Assembly: GCA_026770705.1 (NCBI GenBank)
Contig: JANJGN010000018.1
Coordinates: forward strand, 26,970,001-27,034,000
DNA from: Isurus oxyrinchus
Taxonomy: Eukaryota
Direction: 5' to 3'
DNA length: 64,000 bases
How positions within the stretch are numbered: position 1 is the stretch's first letter; every line of letters begins with the position of its first letter. The notes below the pieces were generated by a model. That model saw only the letters and a list, made by a program, of their open reading frames with translations, ran no database searches and was not told the origin of the DNA. The translations under genes were made by a program, and so were the position numbers. Below, in pieces: positions 11,900 to 25,234 of this stretch.

Positions 11900-13710
11900 T
11901 CATAAATAATATCCTATGTGACTTTCCTTGTCCTTCTCGACCTGTCTGCAGCCTTTGACAAAGTTGACCACACCATCCTCCTCCAACCCCACTCCACTGT
12001 CGCCCAGTTAGATGGACTGCTCTCATCTGGTTCCATTCTTTTCTTCTAATCACAGCCAGAGAATCACTCCACAGAATCACAGTGCAAAAGAGGCCCTTCG
12101 ACCCATCGAGTCTGCACTGACACGTGAGAAACACCTGACCTACCTACCTAATCCCATTTACCAGCACTTGGCCCATAGCCTTGAATGTTATGACGTGCCA
12201 AGGGCTCATCCAGGTACTTTTTAAAGGATGTGAGGCAACCCGCCTCCACTACCCTCCCAGGCAGCGCATTCCAGACCATCACCATCCTCTAGGTAAAAGA
12301 GATTTTCCTCACATCCCCCCTAAACCTCCTGCCTCTCACCTTGAACTTATGTCCCCTTGTGACTGACCCTTCAACTAAGGAGAACAGCTGCTCCTTATCC
12401 ACCCTGTCCATGCCCCTCATAATCTTGTACACCTCGATCAGGTTACCCCTCAGTCTTCTCTGCTCCAATGAAAACAACCTAAGTCTACCCAACCTCTCTT
12501 CATAACTTAAATGTTTCATCCCAGGCAACATCCTGGTGAATCTCCTATGCACCCCCTCCAGTGCAACTACATCCTTCCTATAATGTGGCGGCCAAAACTG
12601 CACACACTACTCCAGCTGTGGCCTCACCAAGGTTCTATACAACTCCAACATGACCTCCCTACTTCTGTAATGCCCTCTCTTCCTGCTCCTGCACCGTTAG
12701 CTCTGGTGTCCCCCAGTGATTATCCTTGATGCCCTCCTATTTCTCACCTACATGTTGCCCCTCGGCAACATCATCCGAAGGCACAGTGTTAGTTTTTTCA
12801 CATGTACACTGGCGACACCCAGCCCCACCTCACCACCACCTCTCTCGACTCCTCCTCTGTCTAAATTCGGACTGCTTCTCCGACATCCAGTACTGGATGA
12901 GCAGAAATTTCTCCAATTAAATATTGAGAAGACTGAAGCCATCGTTTTCACTCCAAACTTCATTCTCCAGCTAAGGACTCCATCCCTGTCCCTGGCAACA
13001 TTCTGAGATTAAGCCAATCTGTCTGTAACCTTGGTGTGATGTTTGACCCCAAGTTGAGCTTTTGACCTCATCAGTAAGACTGCCCATTTCCACCTCTATA
13101 ATATTGATGGACTTCACCCTTCTCTCAGTTCATCTGCTGCTGAAACTCCCATTCATGCCTTGGTTACCTTGGCGAGTCCAACACGCACCCACATGCTACC
13201 CTCCATAAATTTGAGGTCATCTAAAAGTCTGCTGCCCAGGTCTGAACTCACACCAAGTCCCATTCTCTATCACCCTTGTGCTCTCTGACCTACATTGACA
13301 CCCCGTCAAGCAAAGTCTTGATCTTAAAATTTTCATCCTTGTTTTCAAATCCCTCCTTGGCCTCGCCCCTCCCTATCTCTGTAATCGCCTCCTGCTCCAA
13401 ATCCCTCAGATATCTGTACTCCTCTAATTCTGGCCTCTTGCGCATCCCCAGTTGTAATCACTCCACCATTGGTGGCCATGGCTTCAGCTGCCTGGGCCCC
13501 AAGCTCTGGAATTCCCTCCCTAAACCTCTCAACCTTGCTTCCCTCCTTTAAGAAACTCCTTACAACCTACTTTTGAACATGGTTGGTCAGCTGACCTAAT
13601 GTCTCCTGTGTGGCTCGGTGTCACATTTTGTTTTATAATACACCTGTGAAGCGCCTTGGGACAGTTAATTACATTAAAGGAGCTATATGAACATAAGTTG
13701 TTGTTATACA
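11900..13710 (+). mobile_element. Decayed L2-type LINE 3' portion, split by a younger CR1 insertion
   Basis: LVLLDLSAAFDKVDH, LQLNIEKTEAIVF, FSCLGPKLWNSLP peptides; L2-type tail TGTGAAGCGCCTTGGGAC. Confidence 0.8.
12072..12670 (-). mobile_element. Young 5'-truncated CR1 LINE
   Basis: QFWPPHYRKDVVALEGVHRRFTRMLPG...; near-identical to 39495-40220. Confidence 0.92.
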
Positions 13711-14759
13711 TCCAGAGCAATACTTCCAAGGTTTGTCAGGCTACTAGGCTGTACTATAGTATTTCTGACTGGCCCCAGGCAAGGCTACAGTGACTCTGTT
13801 TCACCACGACTCTGGCCGAGACTTTCTGGTCCCAGCCGCCAGCGGGATCTTCTAGTAGGGCAGAGCTGGAAAATCCCGACCACTGTCTTACTGTGACTCT
13901 GTTGTAGCCCCATGCAGGAATTTTAGTAAAAAGCACCTCACACACAAGACCGATAAACCCACTTTGCCGATGTGTTTCCTGAATGTCAGCTACCATTTAG
14001 TAACCAAGGAAGTGAAGCAGCCACAATGATCACTTGCACAAAATAACACTCGCACACTCTACTCTTCCTCTTTCCATTTTATCAACAGGCGCACAGAAAG
14101 ATTAAAGTTCACCTTGATTGAATGTTGAAATCACAGGCCTGATGAGGGTATCTATTATTCAGTGTTAATTTACTTATGAGAAATGTAATTAGCCACATCT
14201 GGATTTCTAATTGTCCAGACGTTGCTGGCGGCTAAGGAATTAGACAGCACAGCAGCAGAAATCTCCGAGGAAATCCACCCCTTTGCAATAAGCCCTGGGC
14301 TGGACTAGAATGGGTTTCTGGACTAGTTTTGATTGCCTAAGAGGGTTGAAGAGTTTTCCAGTTCTGCCCACTAACTGTCTTGGGTTTTTTTAAGCTGTTT
14401 TGTTCACCTCTCCAGTTATATGACTTCTGATGGGGTGGACAGAGCAGCTGATGTGTAAGGAGTGGCAGTTGTGTCAAACAGATTGGATGGACCATAGGAT
14501 CATTTCCTCTCCATCATTGCTCATATGTTCATATTGTAACTTCGGACTCATTCAAGAGACAGTGAGCTGGGATAATGTTGTTGTTTAATGCTTTGGATGA
14601 ATCAGCCAGGATGGGCTGAAGGGCCTCTCTTGCCTTCTTTGATCCTCAAGCTCCTCTGTGGTAATGTCACGACTGTGATTAAAAACTGTGGTTTCCCCAT
14701 GGACTACACAATGTAAAACACCAGATTGCATCTGAACTAAATGTTTCTTCAGCTCCTAC

Positions 14760-14858
14760 CCCTTCCAGCGAGAAAAAGGCCTGTCACTCCAGCCAGTGCA
14801 ATGACTCCAGCACGTGGGTAGAATCCAGTTGGTGGGTTCTTCAGAAAGGTATATCCAT
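14760..14858 (-). CDS. APOO: APOO/MIC26-like exon 5 (DGYTFLKNPPTGFYPRAGVIALAGVTGLFLAGR, transmembrane hairpin start)
   Basis: tttggtag|AT...AGGG|gtagga, 99 nt, phase 1/1; not in ORF track; matches the APOO/APOOL YLxNxPxxFxPxxGVI motif. Confidence 0.95.
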
Positions 14859-16025
14859 CTACCAAAGGCAAATCAAAACATCAACAAATCAGAGTCCATC
14901 AGCCCCGCAATGTTCTCAGTTACCCAACTATTTACTGTATAAAGAATACAGTATGGTGCATTCATTACTCAGCACTCCCAAATTCTCAGTGGTGAGTTCA
15001 GTCTGACTAGATATGGAGTACATAAATGTGAGCCAGATAACTGAAAGCTTGGTAACCTTACACTGATACAGGCCCAAAACTGAGCCTCAGACTGAGGGGT
15101 AAACTGAAGACCAGAGGAATATGATTTGTGATTGGATTTCAGCATGTGCGGGGATACATCTTGAGATTGTGTTAAGAGCGGGCATGGAGAGCCTCTATGA
15201 TTGGATTCACAGTGCACAAGGAGAGCCCATGTGATGTCCTGTTGAGATACTTTACAACAGACACTTCCTCAGCTTGAGGACTGTGTCTCAGTGCAGATCC
15301 CTGGTTCTATCAAGAACTTAGACCTCTCCCACGCCTAGTGACACATGAGGCAGACAAAACACATGCTTACATCTGTTTCCATAGCTAGCTTTTCCTGGAA
15401 CAGGTCACTAGCCCGTTGCCAGATGCAATAGCTTGAGGGACGCCACTGAACATCAAGCATGGCTGACCTGGAGACTCTCTCGCTTGCACTGCCTGCTATA
15501 GGTGTGTTGGATGGATTTAGAGGTTGAAACTCAACACGTTTGGCCATAACGTCCTGGAGTGGGACTTTGAAGCAAGAGCTTCTGGCTCAGAGGCAGGAAC
15601 CACAAGACCTCCTCTACAAATAAGAGCGCCACCAAAATTGGAAGTTCAGAGAGGAGCTAGCGAGAAGGGAAAATTCTTAACTGCACAGAATTATTTTAAA
15701 AGAAAAGGTTACGTATGGGGGACACAATCCCAGCAAGGCTTGTCATCAACAAAAAGAACATGCCCACTATACACATGAGAATTGGAGTAAGGTTGGTTGT
15801 GATCTGTGATCCACTGTCAAAGAGTCCAGCGATACAAAGACATGAAGAAAAGCCCACTAGTCAGGTAGTTGTATCTGTAACCCACACTGCACTGACCTCC
15901 AGCACCAATCGGCAGGTTCAGAGGAGGAGTCTTCCACTGGAAACTCAGCTGTGGCGTGGTCAGTGGTATGAAAGTAAACTGTACAAAGCGTGGAGGAGAA
16001 GCACAGAACTCTGAGCGATTCTTAC

Positions 16026-16080
16026 CTTTACCGATCTGAACCATCTTTTCTACTTTAGGCTTCACAGTTGTATAAGCAGC
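16026..16080 (-). CDS. APOO: APOO/MIC26-like exon 4 (AAYTTVKPKVEKMVQIGK)
   Basis: tttctcctag|GCT...AAAG|gtaag, 55 nt, phase 0/1; resembles APOO ETYSQTKPKMQSLVQWG. Confidence 0.93.
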
Positions 16081-16549
16081 CTAGGAGAAAACAATCATAA
16101 ATAAGGAAAGAAAAATCTGACAAAGGGGAATTCAAAATCTTCAATTATGTCCTTCAACCTCGTCCTCACTCTACACGTAAAAATGAAAGTCACACTGCAA
16201 GAATTGTTCTCCGTTATGTTTTCTTGTCAAAGCACTCTGGCTAGTGTCCCTGTTACAAATTTAGATCTGCTACACATATCTTCTCAGATTCAGTGGCATG
16301 AGTTGCAGCTATAAGTGGACCCAGGTCCCTTATGTTCTGGAACTGATCCAAGCTGCCCAATACGTATCTGTATGCTGTGTAACTCAGGGGATGTAACAAT
16401 TCACCCATACCTTGATCCACAGAGACAATTTTGTAAACTCAAAAGAGACCTTAACATGTTTTCTTTTAATCTTTATGTGGACTGAGCGGACACTTGGTAA
16501 GAGAAGATCAGATCTAACTTGTTATTTAATTTCATAGGGATTGAACACT

Positions 16550-16855
16550 TTTTTATTCATTTTTGGGCAAGGCCATTATTTATTGCCCACCCCTAATTAC
16601 CCTTGAGAAGGTGGTGGTGAGCTGCCTTCTTCAGCGCCTGCAGTCCATGTGGTTTGGTACACCCACAGTGCTGTTAGGGAGGGAGTTCCAGGATTTTGAC
16701 TCAGGAACAGTGAAGGAACGGCGATATATTTCCAGGTCAGAATGGTGAGAGGCTTGGAGGGGAACTTGCAAATGGTGGTGTTCCAATGTGCCAGCTGCCT
16801 TGTCCTTCTATTGGTAGATGTCACAGGTTTGGAAGGTACTGCCTAAGGAGCCTTA
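16550..16855 (-). mobile_element. LINE 3' tail (same family as 56640-58545)
   Basis: Tail ...CTCAAGGGTAATTAGGGTGGGCAATAAATAATGGCC, seen many times in the window. Confidence 0.75.
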
Positions 16856-16873
16856 CAACAACAACATTCATTC

Positions 16874-16912
16874 AGTTCTGTTGAAGGGTCATGAGGACTC
16901 GAAACGTCAACT
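16874..16912 (+). ncRNA. Minimal type I hammerhead-ribozyme-like motif in a PLE 3' end (16870-17007)
   Basis: AGTT-CTGTTGA-A-GGGTC-ATGAG-GACTC-GAAAC-GTC^AACT: stem I AGTT/AACT, stem II GGGTC/GACTC, GAAA, palindromic ACGT stem III; A6 position is U. Confidence 0.7.
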
Positions 16913-17444
16913 CTTTTCTTCTCCGCCGATGCTGCCAGACCTGCTGAGTTTCTCCAGGTAATTCTGTTTTTGTTTTGGATTTCCAGCATCCGCAGTTTTT
17001 TGTTTTTATAACAATTATAGTTGACTCACTTAATTTAATCAGCACAATTTGCACATGTAAAGAAGATTATGCTGATGGAGCTAAATGAAGAAGGTTAAGG
17101 AGCAGAAACACCAGAATGGACCAGTTTTACTAAATGGTCTGTGTTCGTGCTGAAAAGCCAATGTAATACAATAAAATCCCACTGTTCACAGGGGTTACAT
17201 TCGCAAAACCTTCCAAGCAGCAAAATCATGAACAACAAACATACTTTACAATGGAAGTCAATTAAATAGATTCCAGCCGTCCTAAAATTTGACATATACA
17301 AAGGATCGAGGGCAATAAAAACTATGTTTTTAATAAATTTAAAGAGAAATTTATTGCAGAAACTTTTAATAAAACAGGAAAAATGTAAAACTTGTCACAC
17401 TTACAGTGCTTTACTTGAGAGTAGATGCTATGGTACAGCCGTTG

Positions 17445-18215
17445 GTAAATGCTGAATTGTTCAAATCCCAAAGAGAAACTTGAAACAACTGCCACAATTT
17501 GTTTTGCAGTTTGTATATATTTCAAGATGCATGCCTTGAATTCAATAGTAATAAGACCACCAAGTCTTATAGGTTTTTACAATACTAGATTAAACATTTA
17601 TTAATAGGAGAAATGATTTTAAATACATACATAGATCTACAAATTACTACTGTGATAACTTCTAAATCCCTTAATCAATCTAACTCCCAGTTACACTTTC
17701 GTTAAGGCAACAGTAAGATACACAGATTTTAAAAGACCCAGGCAAAGAAACATGCTACCCTGAACAAGTCGAATTCAAAGTGAGTTTTCTTAACTTCAGT
17801 CCTTGGAAGATAACAGCTTCAGGGATAGATGCTGAAGGCTTTCACCCTTACTAGATCTCAAAATGCCTCTCCTTACACACAGCTTTATACATATTTTCCC
17901 CTTTGAATGCAAATTCCCATCATTTCACTATGTCTTTGGACTTTATCTTTCTGATAATAAAAATCTCTCATAGCACTAAGTTTTACCAGTAATCTTTGGG
18001 AAAAATAAACACACTCTTTCTAAACTTCACCTGGCTAAGGTGACACATTTCACTCCCTCTTTTGAAAACAATTTAGCCTAGTTTATTTAAAAATGCAAAT
18101 ATTCCCTTGATACCCATGTTTCTAAACTTCTCCATGTTTACCTAATTAAACTTCAAACCTCACTTCTCATCTTACATCAGAGCACCCCGACTAGCTGCCT
18201 CTAATTCAATTAAGT

Positions 18216-18247
<32 letters not shown>

Positions 18248-18325
18248 TATAGACACATCCCACTATTACTCTATTTTACAATAAATTCCAATAACATTTA
18301 TGAGAATTATTACATCTTCCTGACA
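17445..18325. mobile_element. Dispersed ~0.9 kb solo-LTR-like repeat with internal (CA)n
   Basis: Collinear similarity to 62590-63558; both end in TGACA; left boundary approximate. Confidence 0.55.
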
Positions 18326-19131
18326 ATGGAGGTGGACTGTGATCAGGAATTAAACTGCAGCAACAAGGAACATCCATGTGCAAACAATGGCAGGTGATGC
18401 ACACGCAAGAAATACGTCATAGACACCTTATTTTTTACTTCATTTAGGTGGTTTTTCTTTCAGCATTATTTAAAATTGGTTTCTATTTTCTCTTTATAAA
18501 ACTGCAAGCATTTGGGCCCACGATGGGTGACTTGGTGTGCAAAGACTTGCACAGATAAGGGAATTCATGATAAAGGAAGTTGCATTACTATAACACAAAG
18601 AAAGTGAACACATTACATCTCCCCACATCAGTGGATCACCTTGCTTAAGCTCGGCAAAAAAAATCTTCTTTGTCTTTGTTGGGACTGACTGACCAAAGCA
18701 AAACCGAGGAGCTTCTGTTTTCAAAAGCATGACTGTGAGCATGTGGGATTTTTCTTTCTCTCACCTTTTTGTTAACTCTGACTGCAAGAAGCAGATCTCA
18801 GTAGATCTCAGATCTCAGTAGATTCCCCTGGCAGCCAACCCTGCCGAGCTCAAATGAACTGAGCCACATCAATCAGATTAGGAGTAGACAATCACTGAAA
18901 CATCCAAACTAACTTTAATTTCTCTCAAGCATGCAAATTCAGTCTTGTCTCCTAGAAGCAAAATACTGTAAATCTGAAATAAATATAGAAAATGCTGGAA
19001 ATACCCAACCAATACCTTGAAGAAATTCTGCTCTTCTCTCCAACTGAATTTCAATTCCTTCTTCACCTTTATTGCTTTCTATTTCCCTTTTTCTATTTGA
19101 TCAGGCATCCACCAAAACCAATTTTCACATC

Positions 19132-19356
19132 AAAATAAAAGCAAAATACTGTTAATGCTGGAAATCTGAAATAAAGACAGAGAATGCTGAAAAAACTCAG
19201 CAGATCTGATAGCATCGATGGAGAGTGAAACACAGTTAACGTCTTGAGCTCTGAAGAAGAGTCACGTGGACTGGAAATGTTAACTCTGTCTCTCTCTCTC
19301 TCTCCACAGATGCTGCCAGACCTGCTGAGTTTCTCCAGCACTTTCTGTTTTTATTT
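19132..19356. mobile_element. Older PLE-family termini in inverted arrangement with a central hammerhead motif (19247-19285, +)
   Basis: GCTGAAAAAACTCAGCAGATCTG...CAGACCTGCTGAGTTTCTCCAGC inverted pair; AGCT-CTGAAGA-AGAGTC-ACGTG-GACTG-GAAATGTTAACT. Confidence 0.7.
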
Positions 19357-19629
19357 CCCATTTTCACATCTTTTTTCTCAGTAACCGTCTCCGGCTCTGA
19401 CTTATTCCACATGGATTGCACTGAGACTCACCCTTCATCTTTCAGATCCACCCATGATTACATGTATCTCCTGGACATTCAACACTCTTCAGTTCTCACC
19501 ATACCCTGCAATCCATACCCAGTGCCATGCGCTGCTACATGAACACACTCGACCTCTAACTTCAACAGCACCGACTCACTCTATCTCAAACCTGTCCTGC
19601 TCTGCAGTTTCACTTCAAACATTGTCTTC

Positions 19630-20530
19630 TCTGATGCTTTAGCAAAAAATTTTTTCTCTTCCTTACAGGTGTTAAAGGTTGCAAACTTCAACAACTCGTG
19701 GGTACCAACACCCCTCCAGATCTTTCTTCCTGTTCACTTCCCTCTGACCCCATCCCTTCATTTAATCTCACCTCTTGTCATATTCACGATACCCTCTAAC
19801 CTTCCCCTTTCTGACTCTGAATGATCTGTCCTCAGCAAAACACTCAGCTTTACCCCCTTACTCCCCCATCTCAATGAATTTCGTACTCAGCATGATGATG
19901 AACTCTTCTTCCATTGCCTTCACCTCCACTTCTTTAGCCAGGAGTCTTCCCCCGGTCAGCAGACGCTTCCACCCAACTCCAATATTCTCCTTCCACCTGG
20001 ACTCCTCCCTCTAATCTATTACCCTCTCTTGACCTTTTTATTTAGTACTGCTATTGTGATATTGGCTCTTTCCATTCCCCTGCTCCCCTCACTCACTCTA
20101 ATCTGTCTCTATCCGAACTTGCTGCACTCCATTCTCTCAGGTATAACCCTGAAATTATAAAACCCACTGACAAGGGGGGTCTGATGTAGCAACCTCCACC
20201 TTTCAGAGGCTGAATGCCAATTCTCAGTCATTTCCTCCTTCACATCCCTGAACTGTGACCCCACAATCAAACATCAAGCCATTGTTTCCAGGACTGTCAC
20301 TGACCTAATCTCCTCTGGAGATCTTCCTTCCGCAGTCTCCAACCTCATAGTCCCTCAACCCTGAACAGCCCGCTTCTACCTCCTTCCCAAAACCCACAAA
20401 CAGGCCTGTCCTGGTAGACCCATCATTTCAGCCTGTTCCTGCCCCACTGAACTGATTACTTCTTATCCCTTTATTTTACTCCCCTTATCCAGTCTCTCCC
20501 CAACTACATCCATGACTCATCTGATGCTTT
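19630..20530 (+). mobile_element. Degenerate Penelope-like RT N-terminal fragment
   Basis: Translates to [30 protein letters not shown], a PLE RT motif, among stops and frameshifts. Confidence 0.75.
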
Positions 20531-20714
20531 TATAAGAGCTTCTGTAAGTATACAAAAAGGAAGAGAGAAACTAAAGTAAATGTTGGTCCCTTACAATCAG
20601 AGACAGGAGAAATTATCATGGGGAACAAGGAAATGACAGACAGTGAACAAATATTTTGTGTCTGTCTCCATTGTAGAAGGCCCAAATTACACACCAGAGA
20701 TCAAGGGTAACCAA

Positions 20715-21845
20715 CATTTGACCAAGTGTGGCATCAAAGAACCCTAGCAAAACTGGAGTCAATGGGAATCAGGGGAAAACTCTCCACTGGTTGGAGTCAT
20801 ACCTAACACAATGAAGATAGTTGTGATTGTTGGAGGTCAATCATCTCAGTTCCAGGACATTACTGCAGGACAACCTCAGGGTAGTGTCTTAGACCCAATC
20901 ATCTTCAGCTGCTATGTCAATGACTTTCCTTCCATCATAACATCAGAAGTGGGGATGTTCGCTGCTGATTGCACAATGTTCAGCACCATTTGCGACTCCT
21001 CAGATACTGAAGCAGTCCATGTCCGAATGCAGCAAAATATTCAGGTTTGGGCTGACAAGTGGCAAGTAACATTCACGCTACACAAGTGCCAGGCAATGAC
21101 CACTCCAACAAGAGGGAATCTAACCATCTCTCCTTGACATTCAATGGCATTATCATCACTGAATCCCCCACTATCAACATCCTGGGGGTTTCCATTGACC
21201 AGAAACTGAACTGGACTAGAGATATAAATACTTTGGCTACAAGAGCAGGTCAGAGGCTAGGAATCCTATGGCAAGTAACTCACCTCCTGACTCCCCAAAG
21301 CCTGTCCACCATCTACAAAGCACAAGTCAGGAATGTGATTGAATAATCTCCACTTGCCTGGATGAGTGCAGCTCCAACAGCACTCAAGAAGCTTGACACC
21401 ATCCAGGATAAAGCAACCTGCTCGATTGGCACCCCATCCACAAGCATTCACTCCCTCCAACATCGCCACACAGTAGCAGCAGTGTGTACCATCTACGAGA
21501 TACACTGCAGGAACTCACTGAGGCACCTTAGACAGCACCTTCCAAACCCATGACCACTACCATCTGGAAGGACAAAGGCAGCTGGTACATGGGAACACCA
21601 CCATTTGGAAGTTCCCTTCTGAGCCACTCACCATCCTGACTTGGAAATATGTCTCTGTTCCTTCACTGTTGCTGGGTCAAAATCCTGGAGCTCCCTCCCT
21701 AATAGCACTGTGGGTATTCCTATACCACATGGCTGCAGAAGTTCAAGAAGGCAGCTCACCACCACTTTCTCAAGGGCAACTAGGGATGGGCAATAAATGC
21801 TGGCCTAGCCAGCAACACCCACATCCTGTGGGTGAATTAAAAAAG
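20715..21845 (+). mobile_element. Decayed non-LTR retrotransposon RT/3' end (CR1/L2/Jockey-group)
   Basis: QGSVLDPIIF, FAADC (FADD-like), KLNWTRDINTLATRAGQRLGIL, plus the family tail. Confidence 0.85.
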
Positions 21846-21869
21846 GGCTAAAAATAGTGAGGAAATTAA

Positions 21870-24800
21870 GGTAATGAAGGGACTGAATGAGGGTTTCAGC
21901 AGCTGGTGAACTGGACATGGGTGGAGTCGAGTGATGTTAAGGAGATGGAAACAGGTGGTCTTTGTGATGGCTCGAAAAGGTGATCAAATATGACAACCAA
22001 TGTTGTAAGCTATCTGGTTTGGTCTCATGCAGAGAGAGGGATGAAGTCGGTAGTTAGGGAATGGGGTTTGGAGCAAGAATCAAAAACAATGGCTTCAGTC
22101 TTTCCAATATTTAATCAGAGGAAATCTCTGCTGATCCAGTACTGGATATTGGAGAAGCAGTCAGAATTTAGACAGAGGAGGAGTCGAGAGAGGTGGTGGT
22201 GAGGTAGAGCTGGGAGTCATCAGTGTACATGTGAAAACTAATGCTGTGTTGTCGATTTATGTCACTAAATGGGAGTATTTATTTGAAAAATAGGAGGGGG
22301 GCCAAGGATAGAGGCCTGCGGAACACAAGAGGTAATGGTGCAGGAGCAGGAAGAGAAGCCATTGCAAGTGATTCTCTGGCCACGATTAGACAGATAAGAA
22401 TGGAACCAGGTGAGAGCAGTCCCACCCAGCTGGGTGACAGAGGAAAGGGGTTGGGGGAGGATGGTGTGGTCAAAGGCTGCAGACAGATCAAGAAAAAGGA
22501 AGAGGAAAAGTTTATCCTGTCTCAGTCACAGAGGATGTCACTTCTGACTCAGATAAGAGCTGTTTCTGTACTGTGACAGGGGTGGGAACCTGACTGGAGG
22601 GATTCAAGCTTGGAGTTCTGGCAAGGATGGGCATGGATTTGGAAGGTGATAACATGATCAAGCACTTTGGAGAGCAAGAGGAGGTTGGAGATAGGACGAT
22701 AGTTTGAGGAGCAATGACAACACAACTTATACTTATAAACTACTTTTAATGTAAAAAAAGTCCCAAGATGCTTCACAGTGTTACAAATTAAGAAATGGCA
22801 CCGAGCCACGCCAGGAGCTATCAGGCCAGGTTTTCAAAAGCCTGGTCAAAGAGGTAAATTTTAATGAGTGTCTTAGGAAAGTGAGGTAGAGAGGCTGAGA
22901 GAGTTAGGAGGGAATTCTGGACCTTGGGACCCAGGCAGCTGTAGGCACGGCCACCAATGGAGGTGCAATTAAAATTGGGGATGCACAAGAGGCCAGAATT
23001 AGATGAGTGCAGAGGGTTGTGAAGCTGGAGGAGATTACAGAGATAAAGTAGGACGAGGCCATGGAGGGAGTGGAAAAAAAGAATGAGACTTTTAAAATCA
23101 GGACATTGCTTGACCAGGAGCCAGTGTAGATTAGAGAGCACAGGGGTGTTTGGGGAATGGGATTTGGTGAGAGTTAGGCCACAGACAGCAGAGTTTTGGA
23201 TGACCTCAAGTTTTTACAGAGTGTACAAAGCGGGAGAACAGCCAGGAGTGTGTTGGAACGGTCAAGTCTATGAGATTTTCAGCAGCAGATGATCCCGACA
23301 GATTTGAAGGAAAAAGAGACAGTACCTGAAGAGAGAATCATTAATATTGGCTCAGATGGAAAGCAGCAAGGGAAAATGGGTGGTCAGCAGTTTAATGGGA
23401 ATAGGGTTGATGAAGCAGGAGAGTAGTACATGTGGAAGCTGACCCTTTGTCTGAAGCTAATGTCTCCAAAGGGCTAGCATGTTGATAAGGAAGAGCAGGG
23501 GCCATTATGGGGGGGCGGGGTATGCGGGAAGGAAGAGAAGCCATTGCTGGAGATGTTCTGGCTCTGGTTGGATAAGTAAGAGTGGAGCCAAATGAGGAAC
23601 CTACCACTGAGCTGGCCAATGAAAGGAGGCTTTGGAAAGAGATGGTGTGATTGACAATGTCGAAGGCTGCAGCAAGGGCCAGGAGGATGAGGAAGGGGCA
23701 TGCACCATGATCCCATTCTCACAGGATATCATTCCTGGCTTCAGTTAGGACTGTTTCAGAGCTGCAGCAGAAGTGGATACCTGACTGCAGAGCTCAAATG
23801 TAGAACTCTATAGAGATGCAAGCACAAATCAAAAACACATTCAAGGATCTTGGAGAGGGAAGGAAGGTTGGAAATGGGGGTGGAATTTAATCAGTCCAAT
23901 GGGGGATTCACCTACCAGTCGGAGAACTGCCAGGAAACACCTGTCAGTTCTGTAGGGAATGTCCGACCTTCAGGCACTTAAGCGGCCACTATCGGGCCTT
24001 CCCTGGAAGTTAGGACCCTAGCAGTGTAAATCATGCCCGCTGAGAGTTGCTGACCAATCAGAGACCGGCAGATCCTCCTAGACGTGAGCGCCCCCAGGAG
24101 CAATGGCAGCTGCTGGCAATACATCCACCAGAGGCCCAGGATAACCAAGGGGCCCCAGGCCAAAGGTATGTGAGATTGGGATGGAGATCGTGGGGTGGGG
24201 GTTGCGGACAAGGGAGTGGGCCGGGAGCAAGGGGGAGGCTTTGAGTGCCCCCGGCCCTCCTGATGCATGGCTCCTGACCGGGCACAAGAATGCCTGATGA
24301 TGAGGGAGCTCCCCTCGGAGGCCACTGGCAAACCTGATAGGGTTTGCAGGCCGCAGCCTTCAGGAGTCGTGGGAAAGCTGTGCAGCCTCCATTCAATCCC
24401 TGGGCCACTACTGAATTGCAGTGGGCTCAGGGAAACTGGGTGTCAAATGGCTCATTAATGAGCCTATCTGACATCTCCCCGATGGCAGCCAGGAATCCCA
24501 CTCCAGCCCCTTCCGCCCTCCCAGCAATCGGGGACAGTTATGTTGCTGCTGGGAGACTGACATGGGGTCTCGCCCACAATTAGGTGGGCTCAGCCACCAT
24601 TGCTCCCACTGCTACTGGCTGGATTAAATTCCATCCAGGGTGACACATACTTGAGGAGGTGGGGGGGTGAGGGAGGTGGTGACGACACTGGTTTTGAAAG
24701 GGTGGGGGCAGTGCTTGAGAAGAGAGAACCATTTCAGCTGGCATGGACAGTGGTGGGGAGGTTCACAGAGGGAAGCTGAGTGATCAATGGGAGTGGAACT

Positions 24801-25030
24801 GAGGGAGTGGCATGAGAGTCTCACGGGTGAGTTGAGTTGAGAAGGGACTGGAAGGAACTGGCGTAGATACTTCACAGGTTCAGATTCAGGGCGACGGAGG
24901 AGATGGAATGGGGATGGCGGGAGGAAGGGGGTCAAACAGCAGAGGCAGCTAAATGTTGGTCTCAATCTTAGTGAGAAAGAACTCACCAGCTCTTCACAAC
25001 CTGCTCTCGAATTATCAGCTGCAATATCTT
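21870..25030 (-). mobile_element. Cluster of decayed L2-type LINE fragments
   Basis: NYRPISNLLLLSKVLDHV..LQSG..HSTETALI, LHWLLVKQ..FKSLIL; boundaries approximate. Confidence 0.7.
23878..24636. mobile_element. Non-autonomous DNA transposon (MITE, probably Harbinger-related)
   Basis: 15-bp TIRs GGGTGGAATTTAATC (23878-23892) and GATTAAATTCCATCC (24622-24636), GC-rich interior, interrupts an L2 fragment. Confidence 0.75.
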
Positions 25031-25234
25031 TTCCTTCCGTCCACTGACATTGATCATGAAGTTAAGGAAGGGATTAGTGTTACAATATTTGACAGTGAGC
25101 GTATTCATTAGAATGTCAAAGGAGAAAGGCCATTTTATCAAACAGCGAGTTAGTTATGAGGATGTCTATTTTATGTGTTTGGCCATTGTCAAACCAAAGA
25201 AAAGCAAAACAAGAGTTCTCAAAAGTTTTTCTAA

